64,000 nucleotides of DNA from Chrysomallon squamiferum (GCA_012295275.1 CM022670.1:33356001-33420000), one strand, 5' to 3'. Numbered from the stretch's first letter, positions 10,841 to 25,176 are shown. The notes: generated by a model not told the origin, from the sequence alone. Numbers and translations are program-made.

Positions 10841-13800
10841 TATACACTCTTAGATTTAGAAGAGAAAACAAAATCCAGAAAGAAAAAACATTTTATGAAA
10901 AAGATAAAATTAAATATGTATATATATTTCAGACTTGACCAGTAATTAAATTTTATTTAATGGTTTACATGTTTATTTCCTTTTTTGTAAATACTGCTCT
11001 TAAAAATTAAATGATAAACAAATTAAAGACCATACATCAGATACAAGAAAAATCACTCAAATGAGTGAGATCTGATATGAAATTTACTATTTCAGTAATC
11101 TGGCTAGTAATCTGTTGTTATATATTCTAGGGTCAGGTTAATTAAAATAGGTATTCCTATTAGAAGAAAATTCAGTAAACATCCTTATAATAACAGTGTA
11201 TTTCATTTTGTGTGGAATCAGATTTAAGTCCATCAAAACTATTTTTATCTGAAAAAATTACAAAATTTTTAAACAAAACATCACAACATTCAAAGTATTT
11301 TTATTTTTATAAAAGAAAAAAGGAAATAAGCATAGATTAGTTTATGATTATTAATGGTTGTAATACACAATATCTGACTATCATAGGAAATGCATTTAAT
11401 GCTGATTATCTCTTCATTTCTTTTTTTTGCATTGCTCTCATTATTTCCATCATCATACATCTTTCTATCTGGTTGTGTTTACCATTATCATCATTCATTA
11501 CCATTCAAATTCATAAAACACAAACATAACTGTATGCACATATATGCAAATATACTACATCAAAATATATAATTTATTTCAAGTGAAATTGGATTTAAGA
11601 AACATTATTTGATATTTGAAATTTGTTTTTTAAATGTTTACCTGCAGTAGTATTGTTCCTGACTCCATCACCAGAAGACTGCTTTATCTTTCATTTATGA
11701 TCATTGGATTAATTAAAATACCAGTTTCTTTTTACTGTCTGTGTTTTGTAATCTAATTATTTGTATTTTAACCCAAACATAAATTTTAAATTTGTCTTTC
11801 AAGTTCTGAAATTATGGTACCTGGTTTCACAGTTAGCATCATTCTGTGCATTCTGGTTAGTCTAGAATTTTTCAGATTCTAGCCTAGTGTTTATTTATAT
11901 GAACTTGTATTCATCATGAAGCTGTTGGAATAGTTGTAAAATTCATTGCTCTGTTTTTCATCTACATGAATTGTTTTACTTGGAGATAAATTTTGCATTG
12001 TTTTCTATTTTTCTATTGTGTTCAAACAAGTTAGTGAGTTAGTAAGTTAATGAAATATCACTTATGTAGCACTCACTTTGACATTTTGCTACTAAATAGT
12101 TAATACATTTGAGACAAGAGATACTTAAGATAGCACTACATTCTACATCACACAACATACACTGTGTTAGCCAGCTATTTCTCTTATAGCATTATATATT
12201 AAATTTCTCTTTCATCATGCAGTTAAGACAATAGTGTGTTCCTATTACAGCATTATGTATCAAATTTCCTGTCCATTGTTTATCCATGTAAGCTGGCTAA
12301 TTTTTACATGCAGTTAAACATACATTTAAGAGTAGCTTTGAGGTCTGAAGTTTTATGAATAGACAAAGTTCCATATATTTTTAACACAGAAAACAAATTG
12401 TGTCTGAATATCATTTTCCTTGGGGATTATATTTTTTTGTCAGAATGTTTATTTAGCGACAAATATAAAATTTAAGTTTAGCTTTGGCTCAGAACAGGTA
12501 TATTTAGACAATATTTTAGATCTGTTTAACATCATGTAATACTGATTGTGAGGTATTACCTTTCTGGTTCAAAGGTTTATCTATGATTATAAATGTTCTG
12601 ATACTTACATTCACACAAACATAAATTTTAAAAGAAGCTTTGTGCTCTAACGTTACTGTTTATAATTACAATTTTAACACAATACCATGTTATTCTTTGG
12701 TTTAAAACCAGCATGTTTGTATGAAGTATTAAATTTCTTTATCACTGTTATATATACATGTACCAGCTGATTCTTTAACACTAACAGTATATGCTGCACT
12801 GTTTTGTGATTGTAATCAGATATTAACACTTGGACTTGGATCACTAACATCATTCTAAGCTTTCAGGGTCAATAACCTTCTAACAAAATGCTGCTTATTG
12901 TTACTAATATTATTAAAAAACTTGTATAAAGAATATTTTAAATATTGACTTTTCAATTGTGGTCATGGCAGGTGATTGTTTCAGACATTCTGCCCATGAT
13001 AAATATTTTTAAACCATTAATTAAAATGTAAGCTTGTAACTTGTTCACTTGTGAGATGTAACTTATCTTTTTATGGTGTTGCATGATCTTAATTTTTCTT
13101 TTTACAGTTAAAATAAATGAAAATGTTTTCAAAAATTTTATCAGTAATTTGGAGTATGAGATTTTAGCAGCCATTACTTACAAAATATAAAAATGACTAC
13201 GACAGTAAGGTATTCCCAGGAATGAATTTTTTTTTTGTTTGATTTATTTTATTTTATTTTATTTAAAAATAAAATAAAAATAAAAATCCAGAAGTTATAT
13301 TAATGGTTTAATAAATTTGTCCAGTTATAATAATGAAAGCAGAAAGGCTTTTTGTTAAATGTTGAGTTGGATACTTAGTATTAAAAAATGCATGGCTCAT
13401 ATTTAAACTAACAAATTATTATTAATTAATATGCAGATATGCTTAATAACCAAAATACATATCTAATAATATTTGAGTTCTTTGGTTCTTTCTTTTGTTT
13501 TTTTATTTGAAACGTGAAACATTTAATTTTGTTCAGAAAGTGTACCTTTGAGTACATGCAAGTAACCTAAATTCATTTTGTATTGATATTTTGTTTCTAG
13601 CAACCAACTTTTATAAAGTATAAAAATAAAATAATAAGCTAATGAGAATGATATTGTACTTTGCTTTATTGTGATAGATTGCACATAGATGGACTATAAA
13701 AGTAAAAATAGCAATCTTATTGCATCAGTTAAATATGTGCTATAATTTATTATTAACAAAGATTGGTTGCAAGAAACAATCATAACAATGACATGGAAAT

Positions 13801-14016
13801 TAGCAAAATGTATTTAGGCTAGTTATTGTTTGTATCATCAAAAGTACACATTAAAGTGGTTATTTATTTAATTTCTCTTAACAGTTTTATGTTTATAATT
13901 TATTTTTTTTTTTTTAAGTGCCATTAACCAATTTGTTTGTATTTATTGTCATGTTTTTAATTTTCTGTCTGAAATGTTTGATGTGCAATTCTCTTTTGTT
14001 GTTGATGTCTTGAAAT

Positions 14017-14051
<35 letters not shown>

Positions 14052-14106
14052 CATTTTAATTTAAATTTTTTTATTAACATTTTTGTTTGTTGTGCCACTC
14101 AACCAG

Positions 14107-14268
14107 CAATCGTCATTGAGTTCTCCTCGCTCATACTCACTCAACATCAGTTTGGAGAAAGAGAGTCCTAATCTCAACCTCTCTGCCTCAGGCAGACACG
14201 GTCCTCCCCCAATCCCACCTAAACCTCGCCTGCCGCGAGCTAGCCCTCGGAGCACTGTGAACAAACAG
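14107..14268 (+). CDS. MPDZ: MPDZ Pro-rich cassette exon (QSSLSSPRSYSL...GPPPIPPKPRLPRASPRSTVNKQ)
   Basis: caaccag| acceptor after a long T tract, CAG|gtaaaa donor, 162 nt, phase 0-0, GC-rich island. Confidence 0.8.
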
Positions 14269-14355
14269 GTAAAAAAACAACAAAATATTCTTTGACTCTG
14301 CAGGTTGAGGGCTTTTTTTTTTTTTTTTTTTTTTTGGTTTATTGGGTTGTTTTTC

Positions 14356-14403
14356 ACTAACTGTGGTAGATGTGCATGTATGTGTTTTGTTATTTCTACT
14401 AAC
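14356..14403 (+). promoter_or_regulatory. Intronic splicing enhancer ACTAAC-TGCATG-ACTAAC downstream of cassette exon 14107..14268
   Basis: ACTAAC 14356-14361, TGCATG 14373-14378, ACTAAC 14398-14403, all within 135 nt of the donor. Confidence 0.6.
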
Positions 14404-15904
14404 TTCTGTTGACTATTTTCATGTATGTATAAGTATATAGATATTGTTAAAATTATTAATATAAGTCCATCAAAATATAGCATAGAAAGCAAAAAAAGAA
14501 GGAAAATAAGACTTTTTAAGTTAAATTATAATTTACAGAATACATCTGTTTTTATATATATATATATACATATATATTAATTAACAATGATAGAAAAGAA
14601 AATTCTGTTATATTCTAATAATTAATTAAAGCTGGATTTGAAATCAAGCTGAAGAAAGTGTAGGCTATAGATTATTTTATTATTATTTTATCAACCACAT
14701 CTTAATTCAGATAAGTACAGAATTACAGTGCAGCTTCGTCTTATAGATTCACCGGAATGTCAATATTATTCTGAAAATAACATATGGTGACATCTACTGT
14801 TTTGCTTTATTTAGTAATATTATCATTGGTCATAGTAATGAAGGTGGGAAGAATCTTTTTCAGTAAATTCCGGACTGCTATAGGAAATATTATTTGATTT
14901 AAAAATTTTGTTTATTTTTATTTCTTGTTTTTATTATTCATTATTGCTTTTATGTTAAAATGATTTCAGTGAGGATCTACCATCCATTACACAATAATTT
15001 TTTTTATATCGTCATGATAAAATAATGGAAACAAAGATTAAGAATATAATATCATACACAAAATAATAAAAATAACAAAAAAAACAAAAACAAACAGAAG
15101 AACCCATCATTATTATTATAAACTAACAGTATATATTTTTAAAATATAATTAAATGCTTGATAATTCTGAATGGTTTTGGTATTTTGTCTGTTATTTTTG
15201 TTCAGTGGCATGTGCACAGCTAACCCTCATAAGACATGTTAATGTTTCACTGAATGTTATTAATTTAGAACATTATTTTTAACTGTTTGCACTAGCACAT
15301 TTTATTGATAAAAAAGCAGCACTTAATATATTTAACTGTCTTAAAATTATATTAATTAGGTTTTGGATTCCATTTGCATGGAAATGGAATTTTGAAAATA
15401 TAGGCTTTTATTTTTGAAAAAAATACTTATCTAAATTATCTGATATATATAAATATATAAACATCAACCAGATAATAAGTCATTTTATTTATTTATTTTT
15501 TTTATTTCCTTCTTTAGTTATTTATTTATTTTTTTATTATTATTATTATTTTTTTTTTGTTTGGTTTGGTTTGGTTTTATTTCTATTTTTATTTTATTTC
15601 TGTTATTATTTTTATTATTATCATTATTTTATTTGTTGGTTTGTTTATTATTATTATTAATTTTGTTTCCATGTGTAACATTTGATCTTCATTTCTGCCT
15701 GGACTTCTTTGTCTAGGCTTTCCTGTGGAATAATGTGATTGTTTCTTAGGAAACTGACAAAGCAATCAATTTGTTTTAACTATAAAAATGTATGGAAGAC
15801 ATATTTGTGATTTTAACATACTTTTTGTTTGGCTTGTACATGTAAATGTACATATTGTAGACGTTACCATTATCAGTTGAAACCTTGAATTTTATTTTGT
15901 ATGT

Positions 15905-15906
<2 letters not shown>

Positions 15907-15997
<91 letters not shown>

Positions 15998-16017
15998 GTG
16001 TGTGTGTGTGTGTGTGT
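15907..16017. repeat. (GA)n followed by (GT)n microsatellite
   Basis: Directly visible. Confidence 0.97.
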
Positions 16018-16418
16018 AAGTGTGTATGTATGTTTGTGTATATGTATAAAGTATTTAATAATGTAAGAAATGCTTTCTTTGATCCATTAAACAACAAAGG
16101 GAAAATAATTCTTCATAAAATAAAGTATTTTTTAAAACTTTTTTCCCCACTAAATATAAATTAATTAATATATTATGAAAAACTGCCATGTTCTGCACAC
16201 TGCATCTTTGATAAAATACATGTAGCTCTGGAAATAGCTGGAAAATCTTCATTTTCTGTCTTAATAAACAATATTTCAAACAAATTCTTTTTAAACATTA
16301 AATAAATAAGTGTAGTAAAATAAAGCAATAGCTAGAAAAATAAAATAAAAATAAAAAGTAAAATATAAAAGTTAAAAATAGTCCATTAGAAATAAATAAA
16401 TAATTATTTTAATAAATA

Positions 16419-16449
<31 letters not shown>

Positions 16450-16859
16450 AAGATATCTTCAGAAAAAGAATAAAAAAACATTTTTTTCAATACCTTATTG
16501 CAAACATAGAGCACTTAAAATGTATTAACATAAGCTCTCTTTAGAAAATATTTCCGTTTATTATATTCACATCCTATGTGAGGACTTAGAGTATCCTTTG
16601 ATCACTGTGCTATTACGTTGCATGTGTGTCGCAGTTTATTTATTAAGTTCTATAAATGTATGTGAATAACAATACAAGCAAATGTTATATGGGACCTAAG
16701 TTGTGCTTGCTACATACAAATCTTTGCAACAGCTGTGGGGGTTTGTCCCATGATTGTAATATAATTACAAGTTTGACAAGAATTTGTTCTGTATAGAATC
16801 TGTTTTACATAGAGATGTAGATACAGAGAGTCTTATCAACATAAGGTACAAATATTCAC

Positions 16860-16954
16860 CTACATATGCAGATATATATATATATATACATACATACATA
16901 CATTTATACATACTACATACATATAAACATGCAAACATAAAAACATACATATAT

Positions 16955-17017
<63 letters not shown>

Positions 17018-17400
17018 TACACACACACACATACACATACATACTTTTATACATACAAATAGGGAGATGCACACCTAAATATCACTTTCTTTCATGTATA
17101 ACACATACATACATATAATGATATACACATATAAACACACAGATATATAAAATACATGCATATTTAGATATTAATATGTATCATTTAACATCTGAATATG
17201 TATGTATAACCAAGTACGTATTATTAATAATCATATGTATATATATATGTGCATACTGACATACATAAACACACATCAAATACATATTCAGACATTCACT
17301 GATACATTATTAATATACATGTATGTTCATGTACATTCATACTCACACATACACACAGACAGACACACATGCATATATTCATATTCAGATATTCACATGT
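16860..17400. repeat. (CA)n/(TACA)n microsatellite and degenerate CA/TA low-complexity tract
   Basis: Directly visible. Confidence 0.9.
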
Positions 17401-17851
17401 TAATAAGCCTGGCTGTTATATACACATCATGTTTTCCTAACATTAATGTGATACACACAGTGGACAAGTAAGTAAGATTGATCCACTTGTTGTATCGAAC
17501 AGGAAAAACAATTATACTCGATGACTGTCATGTAGCCAAATCATTTGTGCACATCTGGATGAATGCCACTTTTTTTTCTTCTCCCTTAACGCTTGACTAA
17601 CTTTTAAACATAATTTAAAAAAATATATCCAATTTTGTATACATCAGGATCTCTTTAACAGCAATGTTGTGTTTTACACCTGTATTGCAATGGAAGCTAA
17701 CAGAAGAAGTACAAGCCTACTTACTCAGTGTGTCTCTGACACTGTTTTCAGTGAGGGCAGCAAGATGTAGGTTTATGGATGTGTCAGTACTTGTGTTGTG
17801 AGAAAGACTCTACCAAATGAGACTTATTTTCTGTAAAGGATTGTTACTAAA

Positions 17852-17947
17852 ATGCTACACTTTTTCTGTTGTCACAAGACCAGGACATTGTCTGTGCGTC
17901 GGTCCACTGTTGAGTCAGGGCATGAACTGAGTGTATCAAATGACAAG
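17852..17947 (+). CDS. Candidate alternative first coding exon MLHFFCCHKTRTLSVRRSTVESGHELSVSNDK
   Basis: aaaATG context, in-frame TAA at 17834-17836 upstream, AAG|gtattc donor in phase 0 matching the next exon 23958. Confidence 0.55.
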
Positions 17948-19041
17948 GTATTCCACTTTCATTCAGTATACATCTTACACACACACACACAAAACTGTAC
18001 ATTGCAGCCTGTCAGATCATGTTAATGTGGTTATTGCTTGATAATTTATAACTTGAACAGCAAGTATGCATATGATTTTTAAATCTTGTTATTTTGAACA
18101 CATTACTGTCTTTAAGAAATATTAATTTCACTGCATTGTTTATTTATTTATTTATTTTGGTGGTTTTTTTTGGTTTGGTTGTTTTACTGATGGAGGGATT
18201 GTTTAAGTTTATAATTTTTTAATGATTTTATTAATGTTTGATAACAAGTTTTTGTTTCCAAGTTTCGTTTGTAGTGTTTTATGTTACAAGTTTTTAATTA
18301 ATTTTCTGTTAGTAATGGTACGTGATTTTTATTAATATTTCATTATCGTTTCTCACATTAACAATATCTAACACTATTATCCATGTTTTGTTTTTTTCCA
18401 AGTGTATTTCCCTTATCTGTTTATTGATATATTATCAAATGTAGAGTTTCAGACAGTTTATTCATTTTACCATTCATCCATCCTTCCATCTGTCCATCCA
18501 TCAGTCCATCTTACCATATTTTATACATCCATCCACCTAGCCTTCCATCTATACATCTATCCATCGTTCCATTTAAGAATCAATCCATTTCTACCTCACG
18601 TTTATCTATCCAATTAAGAGACCTTTATTAGGAGTTAATATAAACCAAGCCATTTCAGAAAGATTCCTTAAACAGCTGCATACAATGTTCTAGATGTAAT
18701 GATTCTTGTTTTCTTCTTTGCTCTGGCATTAAACCATTAGTTTTCTACATACAAGTGCACCTGGTACATCATTAAGAAACACAACGGCTTTCCCATCAAA
18801 GACCAAGCGGGCTGGATCTTTATTGGAAAAAATAAATGAAAATCCTGTGCTTTTAGATGTTTTATTTATTTTGTGGCCTGGGCTGCATTTGTAAAGACTT
18901 ACTGCATAACTTTACAGTCAGAATTCTGAATCCATTTAAAGCTAACATTTTATAGTTTTGCTTTAAGAATTGATTAGTTTGCTAACTGGTATATGTAAAT
19001 GTAAGTAAGCAAGTTATTTCTATGAAGTTCTAGGACTTGCT

Positions 19042-19077
<36 letters not shown>

Positions 19078-19739
19078 CTAATTATATGTTTGATCAAATC
19101 TATACTGTAGGAATGAGGAAAGCAATTCAGGATCATAGATTTATAAATAAATGTTTATTTTTAGAATTAGGATTTATTCATAAAATATTTTGTTTTGTCA
19201 TTAAGAGAAGTGAAAAGCGTTATCCCATGACTCATTGGAAAGTGGTATCAGTGTTGTTGTATTATTAAAATACTTGTTATCTTAATCATTGTTCTCACTT
19301 CTACCCTAAGGAAAGATATATCAGCTGTGAAAATTGTTGATGCTAAATATTATTTTCTTATTTTACTGAAGCATGACTGTTGTAACAGCTTGCTGAGGTC
19401 CAGTATCCAGTCAAATTTCTTGTCATTGATTGTCATTAATTATAATTTTGTACACTATAACAATCAATTTTTAACATGCTTTTATTACTTTTAGTTCATA
19501 TATTAACTTTGGATCTTTTATTCAGAATATTTATATGTATATATTTATATATAATATTAAGAGATTTTTCTTGAATGTTTCTTTTTCTGATTTTTGACAT
19601 GGTTATTTTATTTTATTTTATTTGTGTGGATGTATCTGTGTTTTTAGCATTTTCTTAGGCATTTTAATTTTAATATATTTGAGATTAATTTTCCTACATG
19701 AGGAACACCTTATTTTACTTTCATAAGTCTTAATCAGAG

Positions 19740-19741
<2 letters not shown>

Positions 19742-19799
<58 letters not shown>

Positions 19800-19897
19800 G
19801 TGTATCTGTATCTATGTGTGTCTATATCTGTATCTATGTGAGTGTGTTGTGTGTGTGTGTGTGTTATCTCTGGTGTGTGTGTGTGTGTGTGTGTGTG
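19742..19897. repeat. (CT)n plus (GT)n compound microsatellite
   Basis: Directly visible. Confidence 0.95.
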
Positions 19898-21289
19898 AGA
19901 CTGCACCTGTGCCTTATTTGCATATTGATCTTGTTTATATAGAAGTAATTTATTCCTTAATCTAAGCCATCAGTCATTTTACAATTTAGTTTATTGTATG
20001 TTTGGAGTAATAACCATAAATAGTTGATTGTTCACATTTGGCATTCAATCGTTTGGACTTCCTTACCTTTAAAAATCTCTGTGTGGTAGAATTAATGGTA
20101 CAATGAATTTTTTTTTTTAGTAATAATCATTGAATGTTTAACAAATTCACAGCATGCATGACAATGCTGGCTACTGAACTGTAATCATAGCTTCTGTTTT
20201 GTTATCTGGCATATAAGAAACTGACAAATAAATAAATTTAAAAAAAAATAAAAAATTAACAATAAATGAATAAATGTAATAAGCATAATCACTGTTCTTG
20301 TTTTGGATTTTCCCCTTTAAGCTCTTACTTTTCTTTTCTTTTTTCTTTGAATATTATTTATTTGTCACATTTCTTATTCATTCATTCATTCATTCAGTTC
20401 TTTTCTTAAGGCTGTAGAAAAAGCAGATGCAATGATAATTCACACAGGTCAACAGTTTAACAGTGTGTTCCCTTTTTTTATACAATTTATTTGTTGCCAG
20501 AACATTAAAAAAATATATAGAAATTGCACTTCCGTTGTTACCCAAATTAACTATATCACACATTATGTTTCTCAGTTTTACTTATTTATGTGCACTAAGG
20601 CAAATGTGTCTCTTTCCAAATAAAGCATTAAATGGCCAGTATCTGACATCGTTTACCTAAATTAGACTTTTTCATTAAAATGTCATGTTATAAAATATTG
20701 GAAAACACATTAACTTTGTTTTTAGTTTAAAAGATAAGAGTTTGAAATAGCTACAGATCATTAGATAAAGTATGCAAAATCATTTACTACTGGAAAATGG
20801 TGAATTAATGACTTGATGATGTGATGGTTATTAAATATTGAAAAATCAGTTGTCTGGTGAAATACACTGATAAATCTAATGAAGACATTACTGTTGTGGT
20901 AATAATAGTAGCAGATACAGAAAGGTAATAATAATAATAATAATGATCATAATAATAATAATAATAATAATTCTTCTTATTATTATATTGTTGTTATTGT
21001 TATTTTTATTTCAAGAATTTTTTTTATTCTTGTTCTATTTGTTTATGTATCGCTTTGTGTGTGTTTGTTGTGTGTACATGTATGTGTGTGTTTAGTCTGC
21101 ATGTATTTGTTTGTGTGTGTGATTCTGGGCTTTATATTTGTTTTATTTTATATTAAATTCTGTTCCAAGATAAATAAATAAATGTAATAAATAAACTTTT
21201 ATAAAACATGGCAAACTCAAAAATAACAATGCAATGTGTGTGTGTGTGTGTGTGTGTCTGTCTGTCTGTCTGTCTGTCTGTGTCTGTGT

Positions 21290-21450
21290 GTGTGTGTGTA
21301 AGAGCATACCTGAAAATAAAACCCAGAATAGATGAATATAAGAAAACATTAAATATTAATTATATAATAGTCTCTGTGTGTGTGTAACAGGATGCTTGAA
21401 AATAAGACACAGAATAGTTGAATGTAAGAAAACATTAAATATTAATTATA
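21290..21450. repeat. Short tandem duplication, approx. 86-bp period (gaaaataa..cagaatag.tgaat.taagaaaacattaaatattaattatat)
   Basis: Two copies near 21312 and 21398. Confidence 0.75.
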
Positions 21451-21854
21451 TGAATATATGTGTGTGGTGAATATGTAATAAAGTAAAGGACATTTTTATA
21501 TTGGACCAGAGAACAAGATGTCCTTGGATCTATATATACACTCAAGCAGGCTGTATTGCAAGTGATGAAGACTTTCTTTTTAAGCTTTTTAAAAACTAAC
21601 AAAGGACTGCCAAAACGTGAATCGTTTCCAGGCCAATACAATTATTTTTGCTTGGTTATTTTTCTGAAAAGTGTCACAGTTTGAGGTTCTGATTTAATTA
21701 TTTTGTGGAATGCTGTTTCAGTGGAAAGATAATGATGACATTTTTATAAAACTAATAGTAAAATTAATTATCTTAGTGAAATCTTTGCAGTCAGAGCTTA
21801 AAATCAGTTTCTGTAATTGTTGTTGTTGTTGATAAAATAATAATAATAATTATA

Positions 21855-21909
<55 letters not shown>

Positions 21910-23957
21910 TTTATATTCATTTATTGTGCTGATTTTAAAATAATTTTAATAACATTCATGTAATTTATATTAGAATCCTATGATAAATGTTCATCCAGTT
22001 CTTCTATTGGCTTGTCTAAATTAATCATTATACTGTTGCTATTAAAAACAGTTCCACAAAGCAGTAATCATTCATTGTCTAAGATAAATGATAAAATGAT
22101 GTGGAAAAATATGCACAAATAGTCCTAAAAATAAATTACAATAAACCCTCATTCCTCCCCACAAAAACCAACATTTTTTTTGTCAGTTACATATAAAAAT
22201 TAGTGGGAAATAATATAAAATATTTTACTGAAATGAGAAATTATTATTACTGTTATTATTATTGGAAATTATTTAACATAGTAAATAATATATATTATCT
22301 TTCTTTCTTTCTTTCTTTCTCAGCATCTCTATCATTTATGTTTATAGCAGTATGTTTTTGCAGTTATGTATGTTGAATATATCCAGAGAATTTCATTTTA
22401 AAAAATGGTAAAAAATAAAAAAAAATTTAAAAGGTTTCTGTGTTGTAGATATTCAAAGAAAGCAAACAATTAAAAAAAGTAACTACATCACACAGCATTA
22501 TTTGTATATGATAGAATTATATTAAAAATCAATTTTCTGTGTTTTCCTTCTATTCTCAGCATTCTTGTATAACCACTTTACTATTTTAGAACATTTCATT
22601 AAATTATTTTCATGTACATATATATTTTAATTTTTTTCACTTTTCTTTCTTTTTTCTTTTTTTAAATCTGTTCAAAACTGAGATGATTTAATTGGTATAT
22701 CTCTCGCTTATTAAGTAAAAAAAAAATATTTTTAAAAACCTAATTTAAAATAAATCGTAAAAAAAGAGAGAGATAAAAAGTGTTCATTGAAATGAAAATC
22801 AGAAAATGTAGTCTAATTTTTTTTTTTTTTCTTTTTCACTTGAATAAAAATCAATTTAATGTTTGTTTTCATCAACAGTTTCCCATTTTATCATTGCTGT
22901 TACATTGACCACATAGATTGATTTTATTTTCTATTTTTTCCTGTCATCACTAAGTATATTTGTGCAAACGTACGAGTTCATCTTTCCATATGGTAAACAG
23001 AGAAATCAATGATAACTCTTGACTGCATTATTATTTTTATTATTATTATTATGCATTTTATTTTTTAAATTATTTTATTATTATTTTATTTTATTTATAA
23101 TTTAGATTATTTCAGTTAAATGTGTTTTACAAATGACATCTGGGAATAACTGTTTTAGGGGACATATTAAAATTTAATGGAAATCATTAATACATATTTA
23201 CATTTAGTTTGTTTTATAAAGAAGTGCACTTATTTTCTTTGTATTGTGGGTGGATGAAAATTTTCATTAATATATGTATGTGTGTAGGTGTGTGTCTATT
23301 TATGTGTGATTTTAGGTGTATTTCAACAATGTTAGTTGTACTAAAATAGATCAAATTTTTACATTTCATAGTAAACTTCTGTTAGAGTGGGAGTACATTC
23401 ATGTGTGTTTTGGGTGTGTGTGTGTGTGAGAGAGAGAGACTAAAATAGAGAAACTGGGGGAGTTTATAATATATTTATGTACATTGTGTAGGTGAGAGAT
23501 AATCGTTAAAACAATAAAAAATTGTATCTGCTAGGTTTTCATTTTTATTTTCAAAATAATAATAATTTAAAAAAATAAAAAAGAATAAAATAGAAAACAC
23601 ATTACAAAATCGCATTGTACATGGATGGCAAAGATAAATTATCATTAACCAACAAAATTATTTTTAAAAGAATATATTTTGTTTGCTTGAAAAATATAAT
23701 TAATTGTGCTAAGTAATAACAACATGGTGAAAAAGTGTAAAAATTCTCATTTATAGACAGAACCGTTTCCATTTCTGGACATTTGTATCTTGCAATTTTT
23801 TTTCTTTCTCAAGTTCATGTTTCATTTTTATTATTATTTTTAATTAATTAATTATTTTATTTTATTTTATTTTTTTTTTTCTGAAATGATTCCTTACTAC
23901 TGAGAAAATGTGTTAAAGAATTTTAAATTTTTAACGTTTTAAATTTTTAAATTTTAG

Positions 23958-24050
23958 GATGAACCTCCACCACTTCCTGTCTCTTCTCCTCCAGTTATTA
24001 CCCCAAGAGAGTCATCTCCATTATCCCCCAAGAAAGAAACTGCAACCAAG
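23958..24050 (+). CDS. MPDZ: MPDZ linker exon DEPPPLPVSSPPVITPRESSPLSPKKETATK
   Basis: attttag| acceptor, AAG|gtattt donor, 93 nt, phase 0-0. Confidence 0.85.
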
Positions 24051-24349
24051 GTATTTTATAAGTTTTCTTTTGTTTTTCTTTTCTTACCTAAATGCAAAAA
24101 TATATTGAAAAAACCCACAAGAAAGAACAAAAAAAACAACAGGACATGATGAAATCGATATATTAATGCAGATGTTTTTGAATAACTGCATTTTAGATAT
24201 TATTTCACAGATTTGAAATTATGTAAATTGTGATGAATATATGTTGCACAGATGTTTACTGTATTAATGTTTAATGGTCTTAGTATAAGTATTTAAATTA
24301 ATAAGATTAATTCAGAACATTATGAACAAAGCCAGAAATAAAAATCATC

Positions 24350-25160
24350 ATACAAAGTACTGAATTTACAAAATGTCTAAACTAAATTTACAAAACTTCT
24401 ATACTGATTACACAAATCTACAGTGAATTTACAAATTTTCTGTATAGAAATTTCAAATAATTTATACTAAGTGTATTAATTCTCTGTATTGAATATACAA
24501 TACTGCAATTCTGATCTTTTATAATGAATTTATAAAACATCAATGATGAATTTATAAAACATCTATGATGAATTTATCAATCTTCTATACTGAATTTATA
24601 AGTCTTCTTTAATGAATTTAAGAATCTTCTGTACTGAATTTACAGGTTTTCTATCCTGAATTTATAAAGCTTCTATTTTGAACTTACAAATTTTCATTAC
24701 TGAATTTATCAATGTTCTATGTGAATCTTCTTTATTGAATTTACAAATCTTCTATTCTTTACAAATCATGCTGAATTTACCAGTTTTCTATTCTGAATTT
24801 ATAAATCTTCTATTCTTAACTTACAAATCTTCAGTACTGAATTTTCAGAACTTTTATACAGAATTACAAATCTTCCATACTGAATTTACAAAGCTTCAAT
24901 ACTAAATTTACAAATTTTCTGTACTGAATATCAAATTAACCAGTTTTCAGTCCTGAATTTATGAATCTTCTATTCTGAACTTACAAATTTTCAATGCTGA
25001 ATTTTCAGGTCTTTTATACAGAATTCACAAATCTTCTATACTGAACTTACAAATTTTCAGTACTGAATTTGAAAACTGACTGAATTTACAAATCTTCTAC
25101 ACTGAATACATTTCTCCTTTACCAAAACAACAAATCTTCTGTACTGAATTTAGAAATCTT
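24350..25160. repeat. Approx. 22-bp minisatellite (ctgaatttacaaatcttctata) filling the intron up to the acceptor of exon 25177
   Basis: Dozens of diverged copies directly visible. Confidence 0.92.
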
Positions 25161-25176
25161 TTGTTTTTATAAACAG

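Noticed and set aside
11645-11760. Phase-2 acceptor with a hydrophobic tail that could pair with a donor at 9957
   Set aside because: Hydrophobic translation is expected from T-rich intron sequence; no independent support.
14061-14492. Minus-strand 143-aa ORF (also 25167..25376, 33578..33772, 10006..10215, 7637..7819)
   Set aside because: Antisense shadows of real + strand MPDZ exons extended into low-complexity intron.
20411-20447. Acceptor plus AVEKADAMIIHT plus cag|gtcaac
   Set aside because: Ends in phase 1 within a phase-0 intron, and the donor is weak.
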